From Bacteroidaceae bacterium (GTDB taxonomy: Bacteria; Bacteroidota; Bacteroidia; Bacteroidales; Bacteroidaceae), in NCBI GenBank assembly GCA_045645965.1, contig JAZRJU010000006.1, positions 2,422 to 66,421 of the forward strand: a DNA stretch of 64,000 bases. The letters are read 5' to 3'. The notes beneath the pieces were generated by a model. The model did not search any database and was not told where the DNA came from. It saw only the letters and a list, made by a program, of their open reading frames with translations. Positions 53,876-63,531 of this stretch are shown here, piece by piece. The position numbers and the translations under genes were made by a program. The stretch's first letter is position 1. Each line of letters opens with the position of its first letter.

Positions 53876-54334
53876 TCATTGCCCGTTGTGATGAATGTCG
53901 TTTACCGGAGCAAGGGATTGTGTGTCCATGCTATCAGTTGGATTCATTCTCACCATTTGCATGATTTCCATTAGTTCTTCATCCGTAATGTCCTCCGTAC
54001 GAATAAGGAAAGAGAAAAGTTTCTTGGTGGAATTCCCGAAGAGCGAGTCCTTTACGTCATCCATTACATTGATTATATATTTCTCGCGTGTGAAAACAGG
54101 AGAAAAGACGAAGCAACGTTTGCTTCCTTCCTTTTTGAAGTGCTCCACATAGCCTTTGGCTTCTATGATTTTCAGGAAGGTGGCAATGGTGGTGTATGCA
54201 GGACGAGGCTCAGGATAGCGCTCTATAATCTCGTGTATCGTAAGCGCCTCCGTGGCATCCCATAGTACGTTCATCACCTCCATTTCGGCTTTGGTCAGTG
54301 GGCGCAGGTCATTTCTCTTCTTCATATCCTTCAT
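53876..54334 (-). CDS. BlaI/MecI/CopY-family transcriptional repressor
   Basis: LTKAEMEVMNVLWD... winged helix. The start is moved to MKDMKKRN because a TAAATTTG box lies inside the longer ORF. Confidence 0.85.
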   Translation of the reverse strand: MKDMKKRNDLRPLTKAEMEVMNVLWDATEALTIHEIIERYPEPRPAYTTIATFLKIIEAKGYVEHFKKEGSKRCFVFSPVFTREKYIINVMDDVKDSLFGNSTKKLFSFLIRTEDITDEELMEIMQMVRMNPTDSMDTQSLAPVNDIHHNGQ

Positions 54335-54348
54335 TGGTTTTGATACCG

Positions 54349-54356
54349 CAAATTTA
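54349..54356 (-). promoter_or_regulatory. -7 box TAAATTTG for blaI-blaR1
   Basis: The minus strand reads CCTAAATTTGCGG, 14 nt upstream of the ATG at 54334. Confidence 0.55.
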
Positions 54357-54583
54357 GGCACTTCCTGTTTTTCGGGCGAGAAAAATATGGAAAGCCCCAG
54401 AGAATAACGCTGTTTTTTAACGTTTGTTATTAGTAATAAGCAGTGAATTCTTAGTAGTTAACGCTTGCTGCTCGTACATATTTCTTGAGAATCCGAAATA
54501 AATCATAGGATATTTCCAGATAATCTTACTCTTGACACAGATAATACATTGCCCCGTCCCGTGGTAATGCAATGAAAAATACC

Positions 54584-54591
54584 TATCTTTG
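54584..54591 (+). promoter_or_regulatory. -7 box TATCTTTG for mntP (very short leader)
   Basis: The box ends 8 nt before the ATG at 54600. Confidence 0.5.
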
Positions 54592-54599
54592 CAAGCGTA

Positions 54600-55154
54600 A
54601 TGGGAATAATAGAAGTACTTTTGATTGCCGTTGGCGTCAGTATGGATGCCTTTGCCGTGTCCATAGCCAAGGGAATATCTGCTCGTAGGGTAGGGTGGAG
54701 GCATGCCCTTTTGGCAGGATTGTGGTTTGGCGGTTTCCAGGCATTGATGCCATGTATAGGTTATTTTCTTGGTCTTGGCTTTGCCGCATTTATAGGCCAA
54801 TGGGACCATTGGGTGGCATGGCTGCTGCTCACCTTGATAGGTGCCAATATGGTAAAGGAGTCATTTTCCAAGGACGATGACGAAGTGTCTGGCGGCTGGG
54901 GATTCTGGCACATGCTCACTCTTGCCGTTGCCACCAGCATAGATGCCCTTGCCGTGGGTGTTTCCTTTGCCTTCCTTGAAATGTCGGTATGGATGCCTAT
55001 TATTATAATAGGTATCACCACAATGATGTTTTCTATCGCTGGTGTGCTCTTGGGCAAGAAGGTTGGAGAACGTTTCAAATCCAAGGCAGAGCTCGTCGGC
55101 GGCCTTGTGCTCATTGCCATCGGCATCAAGATACTCTGGGAGCACACGATGTAG
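54600..55154 (+). CDS. mntP: manganese efflux pump MntP
   Basis: 184 aa, 6 TM helices, duplicated SMDAF/SIDAL motifs. Confidence 0.88.
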   Translation: MGIIEVLLIAVGVSMDAFAVSIAKGISARRVGWRHALLAGLWFGGFQALMPCIGYFLGLGFAAFIGQWDHWVAWLLLTLIGANMVKESFSKDDDEVSGGWGFWHMLTLAVATSIDALAVGVSFAFLEMSVWMPIIIIGITTMMFSIAGVLLGKKVGERFKSKAELVGGLVLIAIGIKILWEHTM

Positions 55155-55187
55155 TATTCCTGATTGACTTGTTTGGATAAAAAGAAA

Positions 55188-55228
55188 GCGGAGATAACCT
55201 GTATGAAGTTATCTCCGCCGTTGTTTCT
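55188..55228 (+). terminator. terminator GCGGAGATAAC-N9-GTTATCTCCGC plus T-rich tail
   Basis: 11-bp perfect stem about 34 nt after the mntP stop. Confidence 0.7.
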
Positions 55229-55229
55229 G

Positions 55230-55301
<72 letters not shown>

Positions 55302-55312
55302 GAAATCGGGTG

Positions 55313-55320
55313 CAAAGGTA
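55313..55320 (-). promoter_or_regulatory. -7 box TACCTTTG for tRNA-Thr
   Basis: The minus strand reads TACCTTTGCAC, 11 nt upstream of the tRNA 5' end. Confidence 0.55.
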
Positions 55321-55497
55321 TGCTTTTTTTGTGAAAGTTCCAAACCTTTTCCAGATTTTTTATTGTCTTGTAGTTGCTTTTTCTGACGTGCATTGCGTGT
55401 GAGGGTATATTTTCATAACTTTACATGAGCATTTGCGCATTATGCGCGCATGCATGAACGCAGTCAAAAACAATAACCTAAATAAACAAAATCCAAA

Positions 55498-57966
55498 ATG
55501 AAGAGATTTTTTCTTAAAAACGGCCTCAAGCATTATGCCTTGGGCATGGCTCTGATGGCTTCCATGGCAGTAAGTGCCGGTGATTTCACCCCCAAGAACC
55601 CCATGACCATGTGGTACGACGTGCCTTCCACGGCAACGGGTGTGAAGAACGTGTGGATGGAGTACTCGCTGCCTATTGGCAACGGTCAGTTGGGCGGAAG
55701 CCTGTTTGGCGGTGTCCACAAGGACGAGATCCAGTTCAACGAGAAAACCCTATGGACGGGCAAGACCAGCGACATGCAGGGCTATGGCGGTGGCTATGGC
55801 CAGTACAAGAACTTCGGCAGCATCTTCGTGGAAGACTTGAGTGGCGTGTTCCAGCCAGGCAAGGACGGTGAGGTGCAGGACTATGTGCGCAGTCTTGACC
55901 TTATTGAGGGTGTTGGTAGCGTAAAGTTTACCAGCGGCAGGCATCACACCACTTATGAGCGCACATATCTGGTGAGCAATCCAGACAAGGTTATGGCGGT
56001 GAGATACACATCTGCTGGCCAAAAGACATTGCACCTGTTGTTCTCCTATGTGCCCGGCAAGGACATCAATGCAAGTCCCGTGACCTATGCCACTGATGCA
56101 GCAAGTCTGCCCTATGCCAACTTTAACGGACAACTGGAAACCGTAGCCTATCAGACAACCATGCGTGTTGTTCCCGTTGGTGGCGGACAGGTTCGTGCTA
56201 CAGAGAAGGGTATTGAGGTGTCTGGTGCAAGAGAGGTGGTGATGTATATGGCTGCTGGCACCGACTTTGCCCCCAATACCAAGAGCCGTGTGTCTGGCAT
56301 ATCCATGCAGGACTTGGGCAAGGAGATGATGGCACGTGTGGATGCTGCATGCAAGAAGGGCTTCCCACATATAATGGCAGACCATATAGCCAACTTCAAG
56401 TCCTACACCGGCCGTGTTTCTCTCGACTTGAACGCCAAGAGCAGCCGTCCCACCAACGAACTGATTGACTACTACAGCACACTGAAGGATTTGGACAATC
56501 CCGAGGCTCGTTTCCTGGAGCAGCTGTACTTCCACTATGGCCGCTACCTGGCAATCTCCAGCAACCGCGAACTCATGGCTCCCAACAATCTGCAGGGTAT
56601 CTGGAACAACATGAGCAATGCTCCTTGGAACTCAGACATACACACCAATATCAACATACAGATGAACTACTGGCCAACTGAGCCTACCAACCTGAGCGAC
56701 CTGCACATGCCTCTGCTTGACTACATCATCCAGAATGCCGGCGACGAGAACTGGCAGAAGGCAGCCAAGAAGTATGCTGGTGTGGAGAAAGGTTGGACCG
56801 TCTTCACCGAGAGCAGCCTGTTCGGTGGTATGAGCATATGGGGTACCAACTACTTCGTTGCCAATGCGTGGTATTGCACACACTTGTGGCAGCACTATCG
56901 CTACACTCTTGATAAGGATTTCCTTGCCAAAGCCTTCCCTGCTATGTGGTCTTGTGCCGAGTTCTGGTTCGAGCGCATGAAGGTGGCTCAGGATGGCACA
57001 TACGAGGCTCCTGATGAATATAGCGCTGAGCAGAATTCACATCCCAAGGAAGACGGTACTGCTCATGCACAGCAGTTGATTTACAACCTGTTGCTTTGTG
57101 TAGACGAGGCCCAGAGCGTGTTGGGTAATAAGGTAACCGGTCTTTCCAAGGAGGACATCGCCAAGTTGAAGAACTATCTGGAGAAGACAGACAGAGGTTT
57201 GCACACTGAGGTGTACGACGCTCGTACCGACAAGCATCGTGCATGGGTGGATGGTCGCAATGGCATTAACAAGGGCGATATAATTCTGCGCGAATGGAAG
57301 TATAGCCCTTACCATGTGAGCGATGACCCCGACCATCGTCACATGAGCCATCTGATGGCACTTTATCCTCTGACACAGATAGCACCCACAAGTCCTTACT
57401 TCCAGCCTGCCGTTAACTCTCTGAAACTACGTGGTGATGCTGCTACTGGTTGGTCAATGGGTTGGAAGGTAAATCTCTGGGCACGTGCTTTGGATGGTGA
57501 TCATGCTCACCTGATTTTGAAGAATGCTTTGCGCCATTCTACCGATTATGGTTTGAATCAGTATGCCGGTGGTGTTTACTACAACCTCTACGATGCACAT
57601 GCACCCTTCCAGATTGATGGTAACTTTGGTTGCTGTGCTGGTATTGCTGAGATGCTTTTGCAGAGTCACACCGACACCTTGCAACTCCTTCCTGCAATGC
57701 CCTCAACATGGGAGGCAAAAGGTCATGTTCATGGTTTGAAGGCCGTGGGCAACTTCACCGTCGACCAGGATTGGAAGAACGGCAAGCTTACCAAGGTAAA
57801 GGTCGAGAGCCATGCTGGCCAGCCCCTCTATATCAAGTATCCTGGCATCGCAACCAAGACCGTGCGCAACTCTGCCGGCAAGAAGGTGAAGGCCAAGGCA
57901 AAGGACCAGAACACCATCATCATCAGCAAGACAAAGGTGGGAGAGACATACGAGATAGAGTTATAG
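55498..57966 (+). CDS. GH95 alpha-L-fucosidase
   Basis: 822 aa. N-terminus MWYDVPS...[13 protein letters not shown]...NEKTLWTG is typical of GH95. Confidence 0.9.
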   Translation: MKRFFLKNGLKHYALGMALMASMAVSAGDFTPKNPMTMWYDVPSTATGVKNVWMEYSLPIGNGQLGGSLFGGVHKDEIQFNEKTLWTGKTSDMQGYGGGYGQYKNFGSIFVEDLSGVFQPGKDGEVQDYVRSLDLIEGVGSVKFTSGRHHTTYERTYLVSNPDKVMAVRYTSAGQKTLHLLFSYVPGKDINASPVTYATDAASLPYANFNGQLETVAYQTTMRVVPVGGGQVRATEKGIEVSGAREVVMYMAAGTDFAPNTKSRVSGISMQDLGKEMMARVDAACKKGFPHIMADHIANFKSYTGRVSLDLNAKSSRPTNELIDYYSTLKDLDNPEARFLEQLYFHYGRYLAISSNRELMAPNNLQGIWNNMSNAPWNSDIHTNINIQMNYWPTEPTNLSDLHMPLLDYIIQNAGDENWQKAAKKYAGVEKGWTVFTESSLFGGMSIWGTNYFVANAWYCTHLWQHYRYTLDKDFLAKAFPAMWSCAEFWFERMKVAQDGTYEAPDEYSAEQNSHPKEDGTAHAQQLIYNLLLCVDEAQSVLGNKVTGLSKEDIAKLKNYLEKTDRGLHTEVYDARTDKHRAWVDGRNGINKGDIILREWKYSPYHVSDDPDHRHMSHLMALYPLTQIAPTSPYFQPAVNSLKLRGDAATGWSMGWKVNLWARALDGDHAHLILKNALRHSTDYGLNQYAGGVYYNLYDAHAPFQIDGNFGCCAGIAEMLLQSHTDTLQLLPAMPSTWEAKGHVHGLKAVGNFTVDQDWKNGKLTKVKVESHAGQPLYIKYPGIATKTVRNSAGKKVKAKAKDQNTIIISKTKVGETYEIEL

Positions 57967-58070
57967 GAAGCAAGAGGACACAAGAGGAAGCAAGAGGACG
58001 CAAGAGGATACAAGAGGAAATCCTCTCCCATCCTCTCATATCCTCTTCCATCCTCTCCCGTCCTCTCCCC
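57966..58070. repeat. RepD: CAAGAGGAnn x5-6 followed by inverted TCCTCTnnnn x5 (10-bp periodic long hairpin)
   Basis: Exact 10-bp register across about 105 bp between the GH95 stop and the nanA start. The arms are complementary around GAGGAAATCCTC. Confidence 0.9.
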
Positions 58071-58101
58071 TAAATTAAACAACAAATAACAAACAAATAT
58101 T

Positions 58102-59028
58102 ATGGAAAAGATTATCGGACTTATTGATGCGCCATTCACCCCTTTCTATGCAAATGGCGATGTGAACTTGGAACCCATTCCCGCATATGCCGCCATGTTG
58201 CAGAAGAACGGCATGAAGGGTGTATTTATAAACGGAAGCAGCGGTGAGGGCTACATGCTCACCGAGGAAGAGCGCATGCGCCTGGCAGAGGCTTGGGTAG
58301 AGGCCGCCAAGGCATTGCCTGGCGAGTTCAAGGTGATAGTACATGTTGGTTCTTGCTGCGTGCGCAACTCTCGCATGCTGGCAGAGCACGCTCAGAAGAT
58401 AGGTGCATGGGGCATCGGTGCCATGGCACCTCCATTCCCCAAGATTGGACGTATCGAGGAACTCGTAAAGTATTGCGAGGAGATTGCTGCCGGTGCTCCC
58501 GAGTTACCTTTCTACTACTACCACATCCCAGCCTTCAATGGTGCATTCCTGCCCATGGTGAAGTTGCTCGAGGCTGTTGATGGCCGCATTCCCAACTTTG
58601 CCGGTATCAAGTACACCTACGAGAGCATCTACGAATACAACCAGTGCCGACTGTATGCTGGTGGCAAGTTCGACATGCTTCACGGTCAGGACGAAACCAT
58701 CCTGCCCTCACTGGCCATGGGCGGTGCACAGGGCGGTATTGGCGGTACCACCAACTACAACGGTGTGAACCTCGTGGGCATCATTGATGCATGGAACGAG
58801 GGCAATCTGGAGAAGGCACGCGAGTTGCAGAACTTCTCTCAGGAGGTTATCAACGTAATTTGCCATTTCCGTGGCAACATCGTGGGTGGCAAGCGTATCA
58901 TGAAGCTCATTGGCCTTGACCTCGGTCCCAACCGCACACCGTTCCAGAACCTCACCCAGGAGGAGGAGAATGCTATGCGTGCCGAACTGGAGGCAATCAA
59001 CTTCTTCGAGCGTTGCAACAAGTTCTAA
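58102..59028 (+). CDS. nanA: N-acetylneuraminate lyase (DHDPS/NanA family)
   Basis: 308 aa. GVFINGSSGEGYMLT and the K in FAGIKYT as Schiff-base lysine. Sialic-acid gene context. Confidence 0.85.
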   Translation: MEKIIGLIDAPFTPFYANGDVNLEPIPAYAAMLQKNGMKGVFINGSSGEGYMLTEEERMRLAEAWVEAAKALPGEFKVIVHVGSCCVRNSRMLAEHAQKIGAWGIGAMAPPFPKIGRIEELVKYCEEIAAGAPELPFYYYHIPAFNGAFLPMVKLLEAVDGRIPNFAGIKYTYESIYEYNQCRLYAGGKFDMLHGQDETILPSLAMGGAQGGIGGTTNYNGVNLVGIIDAWNEGNLEKARELQNFSQEVINVICHFRGNIVGGKRIMKLIGLDLGPNRTPFQNLTQEEENAMRAELEAINFFERCNKF

Positions 59029-59046
59029 GCATTTGTTCCCAATAAG

Positions 59047-61569
59047 ATGAAGAAGTTACTGTTCTTATTATTTGTGCTCTGTCCCTTGCTATGCTTGGGA
59101 CAGAACCGTGTTTCTGTCTCTGCCACTCCTCCCATGCGAGATGCCGTCTCCGGGCATTATGCTGGTTGGATAAAGGGGCAGTTATGGACTTGGGGCGGAT
59201 GCAACTTTCCCGATGTGCCTTGTGCCGATGGCGGAGAGAAGAAATACTATCCCATTGCTTATGGCGCCAGTGTGCCAGTGCCCGGTGGTGTTGCCATATT
59301 GGGCGGAACGGATGGTATCACCTCGTTCGACAAGTGCGGTTTCTATAGCGCCAGCGACAGGAACTATGCCGAGATAGCACCTCTGCCAAAGGGCTTGGAC
59401 AACTTTGCCGCTACCTATCACGACGGTATGTTGTGGGTGGCAGGCGGTCAGTGCCAGGGTGTGCCCAACAAGGAAGTATACTCTCTTCCTTGGCCCGGTG
59501 ATGCCAAGGAATGGACATTGGCTGCCACCTTGCCCGACGAGTGCCGTCTGCAGCCCTGCGTTGCGGTACAGGGTACTGCCAAGGGCAATTGCCTGTTCGT
59601 ATTTGGCGGCTATCAGTCAAAGAATGATTCTTTAGGTCTTGCACCAGCAGTGCACACCGATGGTGTGTATATGTCCATAGCAGAACTGAAGAAGGGTGGG
59701 GCAGACGCTTCCCTGTGGAAACGCACTTCTCCTGCTTCTGTGTGGGTTGACAACACCCAGGATGGAGGTCGCGAACTTTGTCGCCAGGCCATTGTGGGAA
59801 GTACCAGCACGTCTATTGGATACAGTCATGTGGCTTTCTTCGGAGGTGTTGATTTTGAGATATTCCTCAGCGCCATACAGGGCCGTCAGGACAGCCTCTA
59901 TCTGCGCCACGAACCCGAATGGTACCGTTTCCGCAAGGATGTGCTCACCTATCACACCATTACCGATGCATGGGGCCTGCTCCCCGGTGACAGCCTGCTG
60001 GCAAGAGCCGGTGCATGCCTCACTCCCGAGGTGGGAGGAACCGGTTGGAGTTATAGCGGTGGTGAACTGATGCCTGGTGTGCGCAGTGCCGATGTGACAC
60101 ATGTGGAGGTGACCAACGAGAAGAACTTCGGCTGGCTCAACTGGACAGTGCTTGCCTTCTACCTCTTGGCTATGCTCGGTATGGGTTTCTACTTCATGCG
60201 CAAGGAAAGCGGTGCAGACGACTTCTTCAAGGGAGGCGGCCGCATTCCATGGTGGGCTGCTGGTATCAGCATCTATGCCACCATGCTTTCTGCCATCACT
60301 TACATGACCATTCCAGCCAAGGCATATACTACCGACTGGACGTACTATCCCATGTTGTGGATGATTCTGCTTATCAGTTTCCCTGTGATAAAGTACTATC
60401 TGCCCTATTTCCGCAAACTGAACGTAACCAGTGCCTACGAGGTGTTGGAGCAGCGCTTCAACCTGGCAACACGCCTGCTGGCATCGTTCCTCTTCTGTGT
60501 GTTCATGATAGTGCGCATGGCCATGGTGCTTTATCTGCCCTCTTTGGCTCTGACGGCTGTAACTGGCATTGACATCTACCTGTGCATTGTGCTCATGGGT
60601 CTTATCACCATCATCTATTGCACCATGGGCGGTGTGGAAGCCGTCATCTGGGGCGATGTGGTGCAGGGCCTTATCCTGGTTGGCGGTGCCATCTTTGCCG
60701 TAATTTATCTGGCGGTGAACACCGAAGGCGGTGTGATGGGATGCATAGACATCGCACTGGAGAACGATAAGCTGCGCCTCTTCGACTGGAGCAACTCATG
60801 GTCGCAAGCCACATGGTGGGTTATCATCATTGGCGGCTTGGCCAACAACCTCATCTCCTATACCTCCGACCAGACGGTTATCCAGCGTTTCATGACCACT
60901 CCCGACGAGAAGTCTGCCGGTCGTGGTATCCTGGTGAACGGTCTTATGAGCGTGTTCGTGTCCGTGGCATTCTATATGATAGGTACGGGTCTCTATACGT
61001 TCTATAAGACGCACCCCACCGAGTTGGATGTAACCATGGGTCAGTCGGATGCCATCTTCCCCTTCTTCATGATGAGCCAGATGCCTGCCGGTGTTGCCGG
61101 TGCACTCATTGCGGCTATCTTTGCCGCCACCATGAGTACTATTTCCAGCAATATCAACAGTGTGTCTACGGCCTTCTCCATCGACTTCTGGAAACGCTTC
61201 CGTCCCAGCACCACCGACCATCAGTTGTTGGGTGTGGCACGTTGGAGTTCCATGCTCAGCGGTTTGATAGGTTTGGTTCTGGCACTCTTCATGGCAACAT
61301 GGAATGTCCAGTCCTTCCTCGATTTCTTCAATAGCGCCTTGGGCCTGCTCACCAGCGGTTTGGGCGGACTCTTCTTCATGGCGGTGTTCATGAAACGTGT
61401 CAAGGGCTATGCTGCACTCATTGGTTTCGTTGCCGGCGAGGCGGTGGTATTCTGGATGAGCGAATGCACCGATGCCAACCTCTTCCTGTTCGGTGCCACG
61501 GGTATCGTAGTGAGCGTGGTGGTGGCATGGATTCTCTCATTGGGTTCCTATGTGAAGAGCAGTAAATAA
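59047..61569 (+). CDS. fusion: periplasmic cyclically-permuted mutarotase (NanM-like Kelch propeller) plus sodium:solute symporter
   Basis: Signal peptide plus about 350 aa of Kelch-like repeats, then an SSS core (FFKGGGRIPWWAAGISIYATMLSAITYM...). Confidence 0.85.
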   Translation: MKKLLFLLFVLCPLLCLGQNRVSVSATPPMRDAVSGHYAGWIKGQLWTWGGCNFPDVPCADGGEKKYYPIAYGASVPVPGGVAILGGTDGITSFDKCGFYSASDRNYAEIAPLPKGLDNFAATYHDGMLWVAGGQCQGVPNKEVYSLPWPGDAKEWTLAATLPDECRLQPCVAVQGTAKGNCLFVFGGYQSKNDSLGLAPAVHTDGVYMSIAELKKGGADASLWKRTSPASVWVDNTQDGGRELCRQAIVGSTSTSIGYSHVAFFGGVDFEIFLSAIQGRQDSLYLRHEPEWYRFRKDVLTYHTITDAWGLLPGDSLLARAGACLTPEVGGTGWSYSGGELMPGVRSADVTHVEVTNEKNFGWLNWTVLAFYLLAMLGMGFYFMRKESGADDFFKGGGRIPWWAAGISIYATMLSAITYMTIPAKAYTTDWTYYPMLWMILLISFPVIKYYLPYFRKLNVTSAYEVLEQRFNLATRLLASFLFCVFMIVRMAMVLYLPSLALTAVTGIDIYLCIVLMGLITIIYCTMGGVEAVIWGDVVQGLILVGGAIFAVIYLAVNTEGGVMGCIDIALENDKLRLFDWSNSWSQATWWVIIIGGLANNLISYTSDQTVIQRFMTTPDEKSAGRGILVNGLMSVFVSVAFYMIGTGLYTFYKTHPTELDVTMGQSDAIFPFFMMSQMPAGVAGALIAAIFAATMSTISSNINSVSTAFSIDFWKRFRPSTTDHQLLGVARWSSMLSGLIGLVLALFMATWNVQSFLDFFNSALGLLTSGLGGLFFMAVFMKRVKGYAALIGFVAGEAVVFWMSECTDANLFLFGATGIVVSVVVAWILSLGSYVKSSK

Positions 61570-61639
61570 AGATTAATATTCGGTAGTGCCTATGGATTGG
61601 CTATAGGCACTACCAACTTAAAAACAATAGTATTACGAT

Positions 61640-62818
61640 ATGATAGATTTCAAGCAACTTGCCCAGCAGTACAAGTCTGAGCTTCTGGACAGAGTGATGC
61701 CCTTCTGGATGGAGAAGAGCATAGATAAGGAGTTTGGCGGCTATTTCACTTGCCTGGAGCGCGACGGCGAGGTTTTCGATACCGACAAGTTCATCTGGCT
61801 TCAGGGCCGCGAGGTGTGGATGCTGTCCACATTATATAATAAGGTAGAGAAGCGCCAGGAGTGGTTGGATGCAGCCATCCAGGGTGCTGAGTTCCTGAAG
61901 AAGTATGGTCATGATGGCAACCTCAACTGGTATTTCGCTCTCGACCGCGAGGGAAATCCCTTGGTAGAGCCTTATAATATCTTCTCATATACCTTTGCCG
62001 TAATAGCCTTCGGACAATTGTCCATCGCTACTGGCAATCAGGAGTATGCCGATATTGCCAAGAAGACTTTCGACATTGTCCTTTCCAAGGTGGACAACCC
62101 CAAGGGCCGTTGGTCAAAGGCTGCTCCCGGTGCCCGTTCGCTGAAGAGTTTCGCCTTGCCCATGATTCTTTGCAACGTGGCATTGGAGATAGAGTCTCTC
62201 CTCGACAAGGACTTCCTCGACAAGACCATCGAGACCTGTGTGCACGAGGTGATGGACGTCTTCTACCGTCCCGAACTTGGTTTGATTGTAGAGCACCTTG
62301 GCACCAACAACGAGATGGTGGACTGCATGGACGGCCGTCTGCTGAATCCCGGTCATGCCATTGAGGCCATGTGGTTCATCATGGATCTTGGCAAGCGTCT
62401 GGGCGACCAGGCTCTCATCGAGAAGGCTGTTAAGATTGCCCTTGCCGAGGTAGAGTATGGTTGGGACGAGAAGTATGGCGGTATCTTCTACTTCATGGAC
62501 CGCCTGGGTCGTCCTCTCCAGCAATTGGAGTGGGACCAGAAGTTGTGGTGGGTACACATCGAGACTCTCATCACCATGATCAAGGGTTATGAACTCACTG
62601 GCAGCCAAGAGTGTCTGGCATGGTTCGAGCGCATCCACGACTATGTATGGAGCCACTTCATGGATCCTGAGCATCCCGAATGGTTTGGTTATCTCAACCG
62701 TCAGGGCGAAGTGTTGCTTACCCTCAAGGGCGGCAAGTGGAAGGGCTGCTTCCATGTTCCCCGTGGTCTCATGCAGGTGTACCAGTCGCTCGAGCGCATA
62801 GCGGAGAAGAACGTTTAA
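61640..62818 (+). CDS. N-acylglucosamine 2-epimerase (AGE/RenBP family)
   Basis: 392 aa with typical AGE motifs (FIWLQGREVWM, NPGHAIEAMWF, WWVHIE). Confidence 0.9.
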   Translation: MIDFKQLAQQYKSELLDRVMPFWMEKSIDKEFGGYFTCLERDGEVFDTDKFIWLQGREVWMLSTLYNKVEKRQEWLDAAIQGAEFLKKYGHDGNLNWYFALDREGNPLVEPYNIFSYTFAVIAFGQLSIATGNQEYADIAKKTFDIVLSKVDNPKGRWSKAAPGARSLKSFALPMILCNVALEIESLLDKDFLDKTIETCVHEVMDVFYRPELGLIVEHLGTNNEMVDCMDGRLLNPGHAIEAMWFIMDLGKRLGDQALIEKAVKIALAEVEYGWDEKYGGIFYFMDRLGRPLQQLEWDQKLWWVHIETLITMIKGYELTGSQECLAWFERIHDYVWSHFMDPEHPEWFGYLNRQGEVLLTLKGGKWKGCFHVPRGLMQVYQSLERIAEKNV

Positions 62819-62884
62819 CGTTTAACGTTGAATGTTTAACGTTTTGTGATTTATAAATGTAAGGACGCTGCACGCAGCGTCCTT
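62810..62884. repeat. RepE (AACGTTTAAC words) plus RepC palindrome
   Basis: AACGTTTAACGTTTAACGTTGAATGTTTAACGTTTT contains the AGE stop codon. It is followed by AAGGACGCTGCACGCAGCGTCCTT. Confidence 0.88.
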
Positions 62885-62896
62885 CTAAAATACTTA

Positions 62897-63526
62897 ATGA
62901 TGAAGATAAATATCCTTTTCGGTGCCGCTCTCATGAGTATGCTCATGGCATGTGCACCAGCAGAAAACAAAGAGAATATGACTCCTCAGGAAGAGAAGAA
63001 CCACGTTGTGGAAACCATCATGGCTCGCCGCAGCATTCGCAAGTACAAGGCAGAGCCAGTTGCTCGCGAGGTGATGACACAGATACTGGATTGCGGTATC
63101 AATGCTCCTAACGGCCAGAACAAGCAATCGTGGGAAATCCGCGTTGTTGACAATCCCGAACTACTTGCCGAGATGAGTAAGGCTATGGGCGAGGCACATC
63201 CTCAGATAGGTATGGCCAAGGAATGTTTCCGTGGTGCACCTGTGATGGTGTTCATAGCACGCGATCCTTCCTACGACTTCTCTGCCTACGATTGCGGTCT
63301 TCTTGCCCAGAACATGATGCTTTCTGCATGGAGCATGGGCGTGGGCTCCGTATGTCTGGGCAGTCCTGTGCGTTTCCTTACAGATAATGACCTGTGCAAA
63401 CCTCTCGTAGAGAAACTCGGTTTCTCCGAGGGCTATCAGCTCAGTCTTTGCGTTGGTTTCGGTTATGCCGACGAAACTCCCGATGCCAAGCCACGCGACA
63501 AACAGAAGTACCGTTTCGTAGATTGA
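62897..63526 (+). CDS. nitroreductase-family protein with an N-terminal lipoprotein-like signal
   Basis: Start at MMKINILFGAALMSMLMAC, then IMARRSIRKYK and the nitroreductase core. The longer ORF-track start reads through RepC. Confidence 0.85.
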   Translation: MMKINILFGAALMSMLMACAPAENKENMTPQEEKNHVVETIMARRSIRKYKAEPVAREVMTQILDCGINAPNGQNKQSWEIRVVDNPELLAEMSKAMGEAHPQIGMAKECFRGAPVMVFIARDPSYDFSAYDCGLLAQNMMLSAWSMGVGSVCLGSPVRFLTDNDLCKPLVEKLGFSEGYQLSLCVGFGYADETPDAKPRDKQKYRFVD

Positions 63527-63531
63527 TATAG

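Noticed and set aside
54362-54599. yybP-ykoY (Mn2+) riboswitch upstream of mntP.
   Set aside because: The -7 box ends 8 nt before the mntP ATG, leaving no room for a leader. No GGGGAGTAG-type conserved core is seen in the upstream 230 nt.
61582-61614. Terminator between the symporter fusion and the AGE epimerase.
   Set aside because: The 12-bp hairpin GGTAGTGCCTAT/ATAGGCACTACC is real, but it lacks a T-tract on either strand. It is more likely an intercistronic structure, so I did not call it a terminator.
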